A stretch of 51,472 nt of DNA, the filler included, from Sphacelaria rigidula (Eukaryota): the NCBI GenBank assembly GCA_964200075.2. It is 4 parts of 4 records of this genome, joined end to end, with 100 filler letters (N's around TTAATTAATTAA, not from the genome) between each part and the next. Parts side by side here need not be neighbours in the genome. Positions count along the whole stretch, not along the records: positions 12,895 to 25,688 come from CAXNAA020003413.1; 3 more parts are not named here. One strand, written 5' to 3'. Below the pieces are notes generated by a model, which ran no database searches, was not told the DNA's origin, and worked only from the letters and a program-made list of their open reading frames with translations. A program made the translations under genes and the position numbers. Positions 12,795 through 24,060 of the stretch are shown piece after piece. Within the stretch, counting starts at the first letter, position 1. Every line of letters starts with the position of its first letter.

Positions 12795-12894
12795 NNNNNN
12801 NNNNNNNNNNNNNNNNNNNNNNNNNNNNNNNNNNNNNNTTAATTAATTAANNNNNNNNNNNNNNNNNNNNNNNNNNNNNNNNNNNNNNNNNNNN
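12795..12894. other. Artificial contig-joining spacer (44N-TTAATTAATTAA-44N)
   Basis: Exactly 100 bp, with a core containing stop codons in all six frames; identical to the other two spacers. Confidence 0.98.
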
Positions 12895-12934
12895 ACTACG
12901 GCATGCGTGATCATGAGTACACCCCCCCCCCCTA

Positions 12935-13135
12935 CCTTCACCCTCGGTACACGCTTGGCATTTTGGTATCGCGGGTTAGATCAGTCCTCCCGAGCTGCGT
13001 CGATTCTCATGGAACAAACCGAGTCGAGCAAACTTGATCTTCTACTCTCAACCTCGCGCTTCCACCGACAGAAATCAGATGCTTCGCGGGAAAACTCCGA
13101 ACCAAATGCATCTGGCAAAAATCAAATCCACGTTT
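12935..13135 (-). mobile_element. SINE family 2 copy (partial)
   Basis: The reverse complement aligns with 15060-15240 (ctgattt...gtggaa.gcg...tcgact..gtttgtt...gacgc...cgggag..ctgatc.aacccgcga..ccaaaatgc.a.gcgt.taccg). Confidence 0.65.
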
Positions 13136-13782
13136 TCTTGACCTAATGCAGTTACTTCTACCATCAGCATTTTTCCGCTTTCAGTTTCCCAGGGTAGGGC
13201 GTTGTTTGGCCAGCGAGTTGTCACTGAACATCGACATCAAGACCATTCGAAGTACTCTTACCTGCCTCGAGCAGCGGTTCAAGTTGCTCGAAAATCAGAT
13301 ATGCTCGGTCGACCCTCCCCCTCCACCCCCCCTGCTCCCTCTCGAAAGGGATGCGTGATCAATGGTGAAACGACTAAAGCAAGCATCAAATGAGTACGCC
13401 CCATCCCCCCCTCCCCCCCTCTCCATCGTGGGGTGGTTTATCGTGTGAGTTGTCATGTCTCCTCTCCGAGCTTGTTCTTCTTCATTCATTTCCTCGTTTG
13501 TATCTGTTCTTTGTTGCTTTGGCGTCTCGGTTCGTATAGTACGTTTCGCCTGCGTCTGCGTCTGTCTGGCTATCCATACCTCTCTGCGCCTCTGTCCGTG
13601 TCCCCGTTCACCTGTGCCTCTTCGTGCCCTGTATCGTTCCTTGTCCGGTTATACCTTCTACACCCTGATCACCCTCACCTGCTGGTGTAGCTGTTCCCTT
13701 TGATTGTCCTCCGTTCGTCTCCTTCTCCGTTTTCATCTTGGTTGCCTTCTCCTTTCCATCCTTTCTGCCGTTGTTTCAACAG

Positions 13783-16700
13783 ACACAGTACTGCTCACGC
13801 ACGTCCTTCTGTGGGGATCAATTCGCATCCCGTTCACGAAAAAACTTCTCGGAGATGAGGAGTATTTGTTGTTATTCACCAAGGGGCTTGCTTCGTTGCC
13901 GTCCCCTGCTCAGGTGAGGTGTGCGCATGGGGTACTCTGAATGTTACGCTTTGAGTGGCGAGCTCGGGGGCTCATGCGGCGGAAGGTTTCCTGTCTTGGA
14001 ACCAATACCAGCTGCCATCCCAGGCAGAACACGTCAAGGAGAGTCGCTGTCTCGATATGATGCCCTTGAATCCATCTCCTGATTCAAAAGTATAGCTGGT
14101 TTTCTTCTCAGACACACTCTTGCGTCCCGCGTTATCTGGACACCAAAGTCGTACGGATGAATATGGAAGTCCTGAAGGACCTCGTCTCTTGCGAGCTCCG
14201 GTGCCGAAATAGTCAAATGATCAATATACCGCAGCTAACTTTCGTTAAATGTGACACGCCTTTTGACCTTGTCCTGCTTTTCCAGGCCTACGACATTTCG
14301 GTTCGGCACTCCCTTTTCGATAGACATGCGTTTCGTTTGGGGTTGTTTCGGGATTTTACGGCGGTGCAGACGGTGGAGACCTGACCCGCCGTAAGAAAGC
14401 AGAATCGTACTAAACCGGTGTCTACGATTGTTCAACTTCACGTAGACGTCTACGACATTTGAAAAAATACATAAATGCCCGCGACCATTGAAAAACAAGA
14501 TGGACCCGGTATGAGGAGTTGGCTCAATTGTGGCCTCCAAACTAACTAGTTCCAGTACAGTACGCTGAGAGCCATGGTGTGCTGCACCCGGAAAATTGAA
14601 AATCTTGAAGTCGCGACTGCAGTACGCTAACGTGCCGGGTCTATCTTAGGGTTTCAGACGTGAAGCATTTCCTCGCGTGACTCCTTAGCGTCTATCACTG
14701 ATCCTCTTCCCGTCCGTCGCCTTTCCTTTTTGCCTATCTACTTTCTTGCAGCTGAAAGCAAGCTTAGCGGAGCAGCTGTCGGTCAAGCAGCTGAGAGTAG
14801 AGTTCCGACGGTACATGGAGGCGAGGGTTGCCCAAGAATTGATTGATTTTTACGTCGACTCGTTGGACCGAGAAGAGATCACATGCTTCTTCGAGCGGCA
14901 GGTACCTCAAGGCATCAGTGCGGCTGCATTGTAAGAGTTTTCCTGCAGAAAACATATTGGAATACTCAGCAAGGAATCCCTGTACACTCGCCATTGTTAG
15001 CAGGTACTGCCGCGCCCCGGTATGTAGTGGTCCGACTGTCGCCATTACGGTGGAGAGAACGAGGGTTTGATTCCCGATGCGTTGGGTTTTTCTTCGTAAT
15101 GTCTGATTTTCACCGTGGAAAGCGTTAGAACGTGATTAATTAAAGCGGTCGACTGAGTTTGTTTGACGTACGTTGACGCGGTGCGGGAGTGCTGATCCAA
15201 CCCGCGAAGCCAAAATGCAAGGCGTATACCGGGGGAGATGGGCTGATCCCTTGAGACCACGGACTCCTCCCGACGATGGGAAAGAATTCAAAGTGCGACA
15301 AAGAAAATGAAGGAATAATGAATGATACTGCAGCCGATCGTTATGAAGACCTTCGTCGCGAGATCATACACATGATCACACAATCAGAGTCCCCCGACGG
15401 CAGTCGGTGATGTTCTTGCAATGACACCTGACAGGGGACGTCCTCGGGTGCACGCTAACTTTAGTCTGATTACCATATCGGCTCAACCTGCTCCCGCCAT
15501 CCCCCTCCCCAAAAATACCGTCCGCAATCCTTGTCATCCCCTAGCGCTAGTAACGAGTTACATTGTGCGGAAGTATGTGATCGCATCAAGTATAGAGAGA
15601 GTATGGCATTAATAAGTATTGGTGGTTGGTGTGAACACAGCAAGCACTATCACTTCGACCTGGGTGTCAGGCTTATGCACGAACTTCAATAGAGCACACA
15701 ATGGCACTCCATTCTGGTGAGGGCATCGAGAAAGATGAGAAAGATGCTTGAGGCGTGTCGACATGTACAAGGTGGGCTAGCTGCTACCTCAGAAGGTGAC
15801 ACGAACATAGGTGCGACGATGAGTACAATTCTCGAGAGGAGTGCTGTGGTGGCTGCCGACAGGTTTGGGTCTGTGGTGGGCAAGTTGGGGCAACGCAAGT
15901 GTCCTCGTCGTATATGATGCTAGCTCTGGGTCGCTGCAAATATCGAAAGTAACACAGACTTTCCACCCCATCCCGACTGCCTCGTCCGCGCTGTGGTCTG
16001 CTTCAGCTTATATGCCGGCCCAGCTCTTGTTCAGGCTGTCTATGCTTATAAATATTGAGCAGCCTCTCCGCGCTTTCTATCGCTCCCGTTTCTGTTACCG
16101 CTGCGCTACGCAGGCGGCAACGATGCGCATCATTGATAAGTACGTCCGAGAGGGTGCCGCAGACCAGGTGTGCGCTAAAACGGTAAGACACGTTGAACAA
16201 TATGATCGTGAAATTAGGAACGTATTTTGTGTTCAAAACAGGAGGTTTTTCGTGGTTCACACAAGACTGTCGAACCGTCCGAAACGGTCGTCACCTCCCT
16301 GAAAGCTGGTGATCTGACGGAAAGTTTGGCGCGATCAAATTTGAAATCGGTGACACCTTCCATGAGTTACGCCCGAAGATGAGTTTTTTTTTCTCCATAC
16401 ACATTTTCCTTCAAATCTTTGCACTGACCACGTCGATTTTGAATATTTTGCACCGGAAGTCCCGTGAGATCATGGGCTTCCAGGGGTAGCGGCCGATTCG
16501 GACGATTCGACCGTCTTGGTGTAAATTACAAAAACCCTCCTGTTCCGAACATAATCCGTTCCTAATCTCACGAACATGTTGTTGTTTGCTACCTACAGCA
16601 TTGGTGACCGTAATAGTTGCATGCTATTGCAGGAAATGTACAGTCCCACATTTAGCAAAGTCATTGATAGTCGAATGTTGGGTGCTGTTCGATGCATGTC

Positions 16701-19456
16701 TGGAGCACATGACAGCGGGCGAACTCACGCGGTCGCGGTTCATTGCCGCGCTTCACCCCATCATGTATCCTGATGCCTGTCTTGATTTACTGACTCATAT
16801 CTGTTCCGCTACCTGATCGGTTTTACAGGGTGAACTTGATACCTGAAAGGGTTCATTTCGTCGAGAAACCTGCACCCTCACGTCCTCGCTTTACGTCGAT
16901 AAGGAAACAGAACACTCCGTTCGTCGTACTGTAAACTGACAGGAAGATACTTGATCTGTACGGTATAAAGAATTTTTTCGTCAAGTGACGGTGAAACTGT
17001 TTCATCATTCGACATGCCGATACATTGTATGTTCTGCCGTTAATTTGCTATGTTCGGTTCATAAATGTTCCATCGAAATGCCTTTTTTTGTTTTTTGTCT
17101 TGAAAGGTGAACATATCCGGGAAATGCCGAGAAAAGCTGCTGTCAACGGACGTGACGGAGTACGAAATTTTCGACCAGGCAAGGGCTGAGGTGCTCAGCG
17201 TCATGGAGGTGAGATTTACGAGTTCATCGGATGTTGCTTGACGGAAACGAAGATCGACTGGTTAGTGCACGTTCGCGAGCAATGCTACGGTAGGGGTGCA
17301 TTGTTGTGTCTGGTTCAGGGGCTCCAAACGATTCTAGACGCACAAGAATGTGGGTCAGGGCATTCCCGTCTGCATATTTATTTGGGTTATCCCGAGCACA
17401 GAGTAATAGTAATCCTGGCGCACTCCAACATATTTTCATAAGTCGTGTTTTGGATGAGATAAAGGGCTCCTAACAAATATAACCTCTGAAAATATTTGTG
17501 TACCCCTACCGTAGCATCACTCTCGCCGTTAGTGTCATCAAGTCGATGCAAGGCGGTGTTTCGCCCTTTCACAGGAAGAATTGCTCGCTGTTGTCGCGTT
17601 GGACACCATTGCAAGGCACAATCTTGTGTGCACGCACAAGCAGCCCCAATTGGCCGAAGCTCATGAGAGTATGGCGGCACGTGCACTGCGCCAAGTTGAA
17701 AGGGGGTTTAGTGGGCACAACCCGCACAGTGCCTTGAGTGAAGCTTACGGATGCTCGAGGCTCCTCCCCCACATGACTGCCGCAAGCAGTCTAGCCGAGC
17801 CTCCGAGTGGTCGACAAATGAGCCCGCTTGCGGGGTAAGAGCAATGCTACGGGAGGGGTGCACAAATATTTTCTGAGGTAAGAATTGTTAGGAGCCCTTT
17901 CTCTCACTGGAAACACGACGTATGAAATATGTGAGAGTACGCCAGGATTACTGTTCCAATGTGCTAGGGATACCCCGGATGAACTTGCAAACGGGGATGA
18001 CCTGATCCATATTCTTGTCCATCTAGAACCGTTAGGAGTCCCTGAACCAGACAAGATTTCGCGCAAAACGTGCACCCCTACCGTAGCATTGCTCGTAAGT
18101 GGTGGGTTGGGTTTCCCCCTTTTGTCAAGGAAAAAATCAAAAGACAATACGAAATCCCTACGTGCACCAACATGACACGATGTTGCAAGCTGGAAGATAT
18201 GCGACGAATCCACGACCGACAACGATCAGAATATTTGAAGGACGAACAAAGCCAACGGTGGACAGACAATGACTTGCTGATACTATATATGACACGAGCA
18301 GGCGGGGTGGGGAGTAGGATTTGGTGACCTGTCTCGGTGGATTGGACTTGCTATAGGGATGCCTTCGCCACCATCTAAACCGGTCGACGCGAAAGGCCAC
18401 TGCCTGTAGGCATCTCTCACCCGCTGAATTGACAACTATCGCGGACCCAGCCAAACGACGTGCTTGAGTGTGTGGGAAGCATGTTATGCCGTCGGCATAT
18501 CTAGTAATGCACCACCGAAACTTGACGTTCGCATCTGTGCATGCTAGTGGGGTGATGATGGCATTGGGCACTGAACAGTCTCGCCTCATCGAATCAAGTG
18601 TAGAGGTACACCAACATGAGCCGTGATTATCAAACGCGCCTTTCAGGCATATATATATATATATATATTTATCAGAGTAAACTAATACCAGTGTTGCTTT
18701 CATTGATCGTACACCAACGCCTGTGTGACACACCCTCACCAGAGAACGTAATAATCACTATATGACCGGGAAACTGAGGTGTGTTCCTCCGGGTTTCCCC
18801 GGAACCCACCGGATAAAATTCCACAGATGAATTTCCAGCGAGAATTCGTGAAGACAGACGAATTCCAGCGGATCGCGGTGGAATCAGTGGAACAGGAGAT
18901 GGACATGGAACTTTTGGGGGCTAAAGGTCTGTCGCGCCCATTGAGCGCCCCTGGCTCCCTCAAATATTCGCAGTCATTCGCTTTGCCTAAGTTAAAAATG
19001 TCTACGACGATTAAATTGAAGGACACAAAAGACAGCAAGTGCAATCGTGGTGGTGGTATTGGCGGTGAAAGTGGTGAGGGCGGCGGCGGCCACAGCGGCC
19101 GCGGCGATAGCGGCAGAAATACTGCTGTAGTTCGGAAGCTTACAGATCAGAATGCAGGAGACCAAGGGCATGTTCTACGGTATGATGACCGCGTAGGTAG
19201 GAGCATCGATGACCTGAAGCGGGCAGCAACAACGGGGCAGATAAGTACCGCTGGTAGCCGTATGAATAGCCGGCATAGTAATAGCTGTGTCAACGACAAC
19301 AGCAGAGGCGCCGGAGAAGGAATAATTCGACAGCAACAAGGGAAAGCAGACCCGTCCGAAGAGCATCGTCGTAATGATCGCCCTGGCCACTTTTTCAGAA
19401 GAGTAGCAGCCGCAGCGGTGACGAAAGTGAAACAGGCTACAATTGTGCCGCAGTAG
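13783..19456 (+). CDS. RGS-domain protein, probably transmembrane (7TM)-RGS / plant RGS1-like, 3' portion: join(13783..13913,14752..14901,16114..16167,17107..17208,18827..19456)
   Basis: All internal junctions are phase 0 with GT-AG sites. Spliced: TVLLTHVLLWGSIRIPFTKKLLGDEEYLLLFTKGLASLPSPAQ|LKASLAEQLSVKQLRVEFRRYMEARVAQELIDFYVDSLDREEITCFFERQ|AATMRIIDKYVREGAADQ|VNISGKCREKLLSTDVTEYEIFDQARAEVLSVME|MNFQREFVKTDEFQRI... This is a complete RGS box (IxxKYV...QVNIS...FDxAxxEVxxxM...F), preceded by a hydrophobic stretch and followed by a low-complexity tail. Confidence 0.88.
15012..15240 (+). mobile_element. tRNA-derived SINE family 2, in an RGS-gene intron
   Basis: Head GCGCCCCGGTATGTAGTGG (A-box-like) and GGTTTGATTCCC (B-box-like) about 45 nt apart. 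The body is repeated at 12935-13135. Confidence 0.6.
17277..17522. mobile_element. MITE with GAG...CTC termini and a 4-bp TSD (TCGC); Sola2-like
   Basis: TCGC|GAGCAATGCTACGGTAGGGGTGCA ... TACCCCTACCGTAGCATCACTC|TCGC; 246 bp. Confidence 0.8.
17839..18094. mobile_element. Second copy of the same MITE, opposite orientation, 4-bp TSD (GTAA)
   Basis: GTAA|GAGCAATGCTACGGGAGGGGTGCA ... TGCACCCCTACCGTAGCATTGCTC|GTAA. The interior is a diverged reverse complement of 17277-17522. Confidence 0.82.
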
Positions 19457-22029
19457 ATGGAACGTTAAACCACCTTGGCCTCCACGTCGGTATCGGGAAA
19501 ACGGCTGAATGAAGGGGCTCAGAGTTGCCGTGCGGTATGTTCTTGCATTGTTCGTACTAAGAAACTTCGGTTCCTGCGGAGGTGTTTTTAATGAAATAGC
19601 GTGCACAACACCGCGACGCCGCGTGTTGTAAGGTATGCGCGGTGCAAGGAGTACAGGCGAGTATGCCTATGTCCCGGAAGGCGCTACCAATGTTGACAAT
19701 TTTTCAATATGCATGCGGGGGAAAACACGCTGTAGGTTGAAAAACAAAATCGAAAACACACGATTCGCTGAGCACTACCCCACGAATGGTACGCGACAGC
19801 TGCGTTTGTACGCGACGGTGCGTATGACCGCGCATCGATTTGGCACCTCTGGGTCTTTCAAGAGATTTCCGCCCTTCCAATCGCCGTACCGATAGCGCTG
19901 CACATACCGCTTTGATAAAAACCGCGCTGGGTGATGTGATGAAGAGAAGGGGCAACATGTAGTTCAGTTGTCTTTCATTATCGTGTTGTACTCACGGTGC
20001 GAAACATAGTCTGGCAAGACGACTTCGGGAAGCAAAGCTGCTCTGATGGAGTGCGACGCGTTCAAGCACGAAACAAGTTTCATGAATGCAGTCCTCGTAG
20101 GCCCGGGGAGACAACACGTTCATCCCCCCGTCAATTGCTTTCATTTTCATGGATTGAAAATGCGTCATCTAAAGCTTCATACAGTAAACAAGTACGCCAA
20201 GGATCTTAGTTCTGTGAGGGGGCGGGAGGAGGACATCCGATTGTACAGCCTACCTGATCGGATTCGGACGTGTTTTTTCGATCCGGAATCGGGTCGACGG
20301 TGATCTTTGTCTCCGATCCGCAAATTGAAGATCCCGCGACCGGCTAGTGTTCGGTGTGGTGACGTCAGATGATGCCGTTCGGGCGTGTGTGTGCTGGCAA
20401 GACTTTGCACACATGTTCGTTGGATGTTTGTAAGCTCAGGCACACAAGCGTTCACGCTCTGTCTGCATCGTCGGATTTTCCGGGTCTGCGGGTCAACCTG
20501 GAGGGTGCTACGATATTTTGGTCGCTCGGTTTCGGCCTTTTTGGTGGGGTGTGACTTCCCCAAGAAATGGTTATGGTTGTGACTGTTCGGCGCATCTTCT
20601 GCCGGGGCGGCAGTACGGTCAGCACTTCACAAAAAATGATGAAAGAGGGTGTAGCACGTTAACAAAAAGGGCAACATAATTTTTTCAGCAGGGCGCAGGG
20701 TGTACTCTCCTGGTTTGTATTGAAAAAACGATACTCTCGCAGGCTCTCATTTTGCCCGCCGAAGGAAAGCCTAGTATCACGTGTGAAAATGAAAAAAGGT
20801 GGGTGGGCGTGCTGCTCAGAAACCTTCGGCGTGGGGCTGAGGCGCTTCAATGCGTTTCCGAAGTGCTCAGCCCGCGTGCAGCGCCGCGCCCCAAACCGCA
20901 AAATGTGTTACACTATTTTTTTCCAAAAGCACCAGGGTGTATCCCTTTTTGTATATTATTTTTCCGCACATTATTCCGACCTCTCGAACCCGTGGTCACG
21001 GACTTAGGCTAGTATTCCCTACACCGTCCCTGCTATTCCTTGCAAGACAAACGCAATCAATAAAATATCACCAAAACAAACCTAAGAAGGGAGACGCTAA
21101 GAAGAAAATGAAACGTAGCTTCCCTGAGTTCAACGGGTTGGAAAAAAAAAAAAGTTTTGTAGAGTGCCCTTGATTTTATCCCCGAAGATTAATTTTCGGA
21201 GAAGTCTGAAAAATTCAGACTGCAGCGCAGCACTTCGAGGACCCGTCCTGTAAATACGCCGTGGTGCTCGCAAGCATCCGAGAATCATCAGGTACTTTGC
21301 CAGTCCTGACCTCTGCGGCGATCTCTGAAAAAGGTGTTGATAGTAATGGTTCTAGGAAGTTAGTGCGATGATTCCATGTTTTCAACTTGTTCCTCACTAT
21401 TTGCCTTCACATTTTGACCCTTCGTATATTCGAATGATCGTGTTGATCAGATGTTCTTGCAGCAACAACAGTCCCTTGCTGTGTGCTCAAACAGAATACT
21501 GCTCGTTTGCAATAACTGGGAAGAAGATGACGATGTGTTGTAACTCTTTATTATTTTTACCCACACGTGGGAAATTGGGTGAAGAGAGGTGATGGAGACG
21601 AGTGAAGGAGTCGGGCGTAGAGAACTACCCTCTCACGACTGCCTACGAACCAAAATCTACTCCATCGCAAGATCCGCTATACAGTTCCCAAAATATTGGA
21701 GCTCGGAACAGTTTGCCTTCCTCCAATCACAAGGAGTGTTCTCAGTAACTTTGCCAGAATAATCAAGTACCCCGCGATTCCCCCGCTCATGCTTTTGGCT
21801 TCTGTTCGAGGATCAACTGTATTGAACACCCTTCCTAGCTTTATCGGCTGATAAGCTCAAGCATGACCTTAATGTCTTCAAATTCCAATTTTCAAATTAG
21901 TTGTTGTCTCGGCTATTCCGGATTCGGCATGAGATTTCTGTGACAGAAAACACTCTGGTTTTGTTCGGAATACTTGAAAAAAGAACAAGGAGAACTTTAA
22001 AAAAAACTGCTGAAACCATGACCCCATTA

Positions 22030-22115
22030 TATAGAGTACAGGGTACTACACTCAACACAAGACAATTCTGCAGTGGTGTATAGAGTACAGAGTACTACAC
22101 TCAACACAAGACAAC
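22030..22115. repeat. Short tandem duplication (~50-bp period)
   Basis: tatagagtacag.gtactacactcaacacaagacaa occurs twice. Confidence 0.75.
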
Positions 22116-22393
22116 ACAGCAGTTCTGCAGCATCACGAGAAATCACGTGCCGTTCTAATCGAGTATGCTAGGGTGGGAAACAAGTGATACAGAAACCGTA
22201 GAACAGCACGCGAACAGACCAGCGACTTCAAGGAGGGCGGCAATCACGCGCAAGGGGGTACTGGTATTGTCGCAGGTCGAAACGCGGACCGCGTTCCGCA
22301 CGAGAAGGAGAAGAAGCAACAGCAGCAGTATCAGCAGCATCTTTGCTGCCAGTAGATGTACGCGGCTGGGGGTGGGTCTAATTCAGCCGGTAA

Positions 22394-22833
22394 CACGGGA
22401 TCTTACAAATTGGGGATGGATCTTTTATTGGGGATGGGAAACCTGGAGAATTAAAATCTTCGTCTACACACCAGATCTTCGAAATATGGTTCCATTTCTT
22501 CACGTACTGTTAGATTTTGACAACTAGTACACGCCATAGAAATTTGGATTTCGATCACCGAAATGTTGAGGTCCTAGGGCAAAAACCAATTTCGCAACCA
22601 TTTTGGCGTCCGTTCGGACACCCGATATTCCCCCATATTGTTTTTTTCACCCAGGACCCCAACATTTCGGTGATCGAATCCAAACGTTTATGGCGTGTAG
22701 CAGTTGTCAAAAGCTATCAGTACGTGAAGAAATGGAACCATATTTCGAAGATTTGGTTTGTAGACGAAGATTTTAATTCTCCGGGTTTCTCATCCCCAAT
22801 AAAAGATCCATCCCCAATTTCTAAGATCCCGTG
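22394..22833. mobile_element. Fold-back element, family F1 (~190-bp inverted arms)
   Basis: CACGGGATCTTACAAATTGGGGATGGATCTTTTATTGGGGATG... is mirrored by ...CATCCCCAATAAAAGATCCATCCCCAATTTCTAAGATCCCGTG. A second copy lies at 26944-27362. Confidence 0.85.
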
Positions 22834-23032
22834 TTCGATGCCGATTTGTGTGTGTGTCAGCGCTGTCCAGCACGGTGGCTATCATTCGCAAGGTGTGTGG
22901 GTGTTGTCGCAACGTTGAAACGCGGACCGTCTACGATCAAGAGCAGCGCCAGCACCAGCACCAGCATCGGCGCCGGTTGATTCAGACCCACCCCCAGCCA
23001 CGTCCATTTACTGGCAATAAATATGCTGCTGA

Positions 23033-23034
<2 letters not shown>

Positions 23035-23070
<36 letters not shown>
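23035..23070. repeat. (CTG)12 microsatellite
   Basis: Read directly from the sequence. Confidence 0.95.
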
Positions 23071-23073
<3 letters not shown>

Positions 23074-23424
23074 CTCGTGCGGCCGGTCCACGGCACTTGA
23101 TAGCCCCCCGGATATACAAAAGATCTTGAGGACCTATAATAGTTTGATATTTTGCTGGCGTCGCGTCATCGGCCCGAAAATCCCCCCCCACGAGCGGAAA
23201 ATACCTTATTTTAGTATATTTGGGTTATTTGCGAGTCAGCATCACGCTCAAACGCGAAAACCAAACTAGGCGACGTAGCTTGGATGTTTGGGGAGCGCGC
23301 GAAAGAAACCGCAGCCCAATCTCCCTCTTCGGTGTCGAGTTGTAAGCGTTGCGCGATTGGCACTTTTGGGTTGAGGATCAGTAGCGTCTTTCAAGGTCGA
23401 AGATGGCAAATTCAAAAAAATCGG

Positions 23425-24060
23425 TGCGCATACTTCTCTTCCTACCGCAAGGAAGTTGTGACGACATGCACTTTGGTTGCGTGCCCCCAGGCGCTGCTTT
23501 GTTCTGTGCGGCTGCGCACAAAGGGCAATTTCGCCTTTCAACGGCGAGTATCCTTCGAAGTGTCGAAGTACAGAGGGAGAGTTGACAGAAGAAAGACAAA
23601 GCTGGCGGCTGCTTCATGTCAGGGCTCCAGTGCAGAAGCCAAGGCGTCGAGAGCGATTTTAGCACGAGTATGTGCGTTACATCTGCTGGCGACCGCGGCC
23701 ATGCATTTAATAACTCTCTGAATACATACTATTATTAGTATTAGAATGAGATGCAAACTATGCGATCTTTGACAATCTTCGTTTTGGGCTGCGTCTTCTT
23801 TTCTTGCGGCAAGCAGTGTGTGACGGATGGCATTTCACTTTGTGGCATGCCACCAGGTACTGCTTCGTTCTTTACGACTGTACACAAAGAGCAAATTCGC
23901 CTTTCAATAGCGAGTACCCTTCATGTATTGAGTTGCAGAGAGCGAGGTCACACATAAACTTCGGTTGTTGTGTCTGAGGGTTCCAGCGAAGAAGCCAAGG
24001 CCCGAAGAGTGATTTTGATTTCAGACTGCGCACCATGTATGCCTAGGTCCGCAGAGCCAC
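23425..24060. repeat. Diverged tandem duplication, period ~365 bp
   Basis: ccagg..ctgctt.gttct...cg.ctg..cacaaag.gcaa.ttcgcctttcaa..gcgagta.ccttc and ggg.tccag...agaagccaaggc....agag.gatttt occur at ~23487-23660 and again at ~23852-24016. Confidence 0.7.

Noticed and set aside
12839..12850. TTAATTAATTAA palindrome repeated three times at regular spacing
   Set aside because: Synthetic linker inside N runs, not biology.
14323..14372. Possible extra RGS exon (HAFRLGLFRDFTAVQT)
   Set aside because: Its acceptor phase (2) does not fit the phase-0 donor at 13913, and 13913 splices cleanly to 14752 without it.
22030..22115. Repeat-spacer-repeat pattern reminiscent of CRISPR
   Set aside because: Only two units, in a eukaryotic context, with no cas genes; an ordinary tandem duplication.
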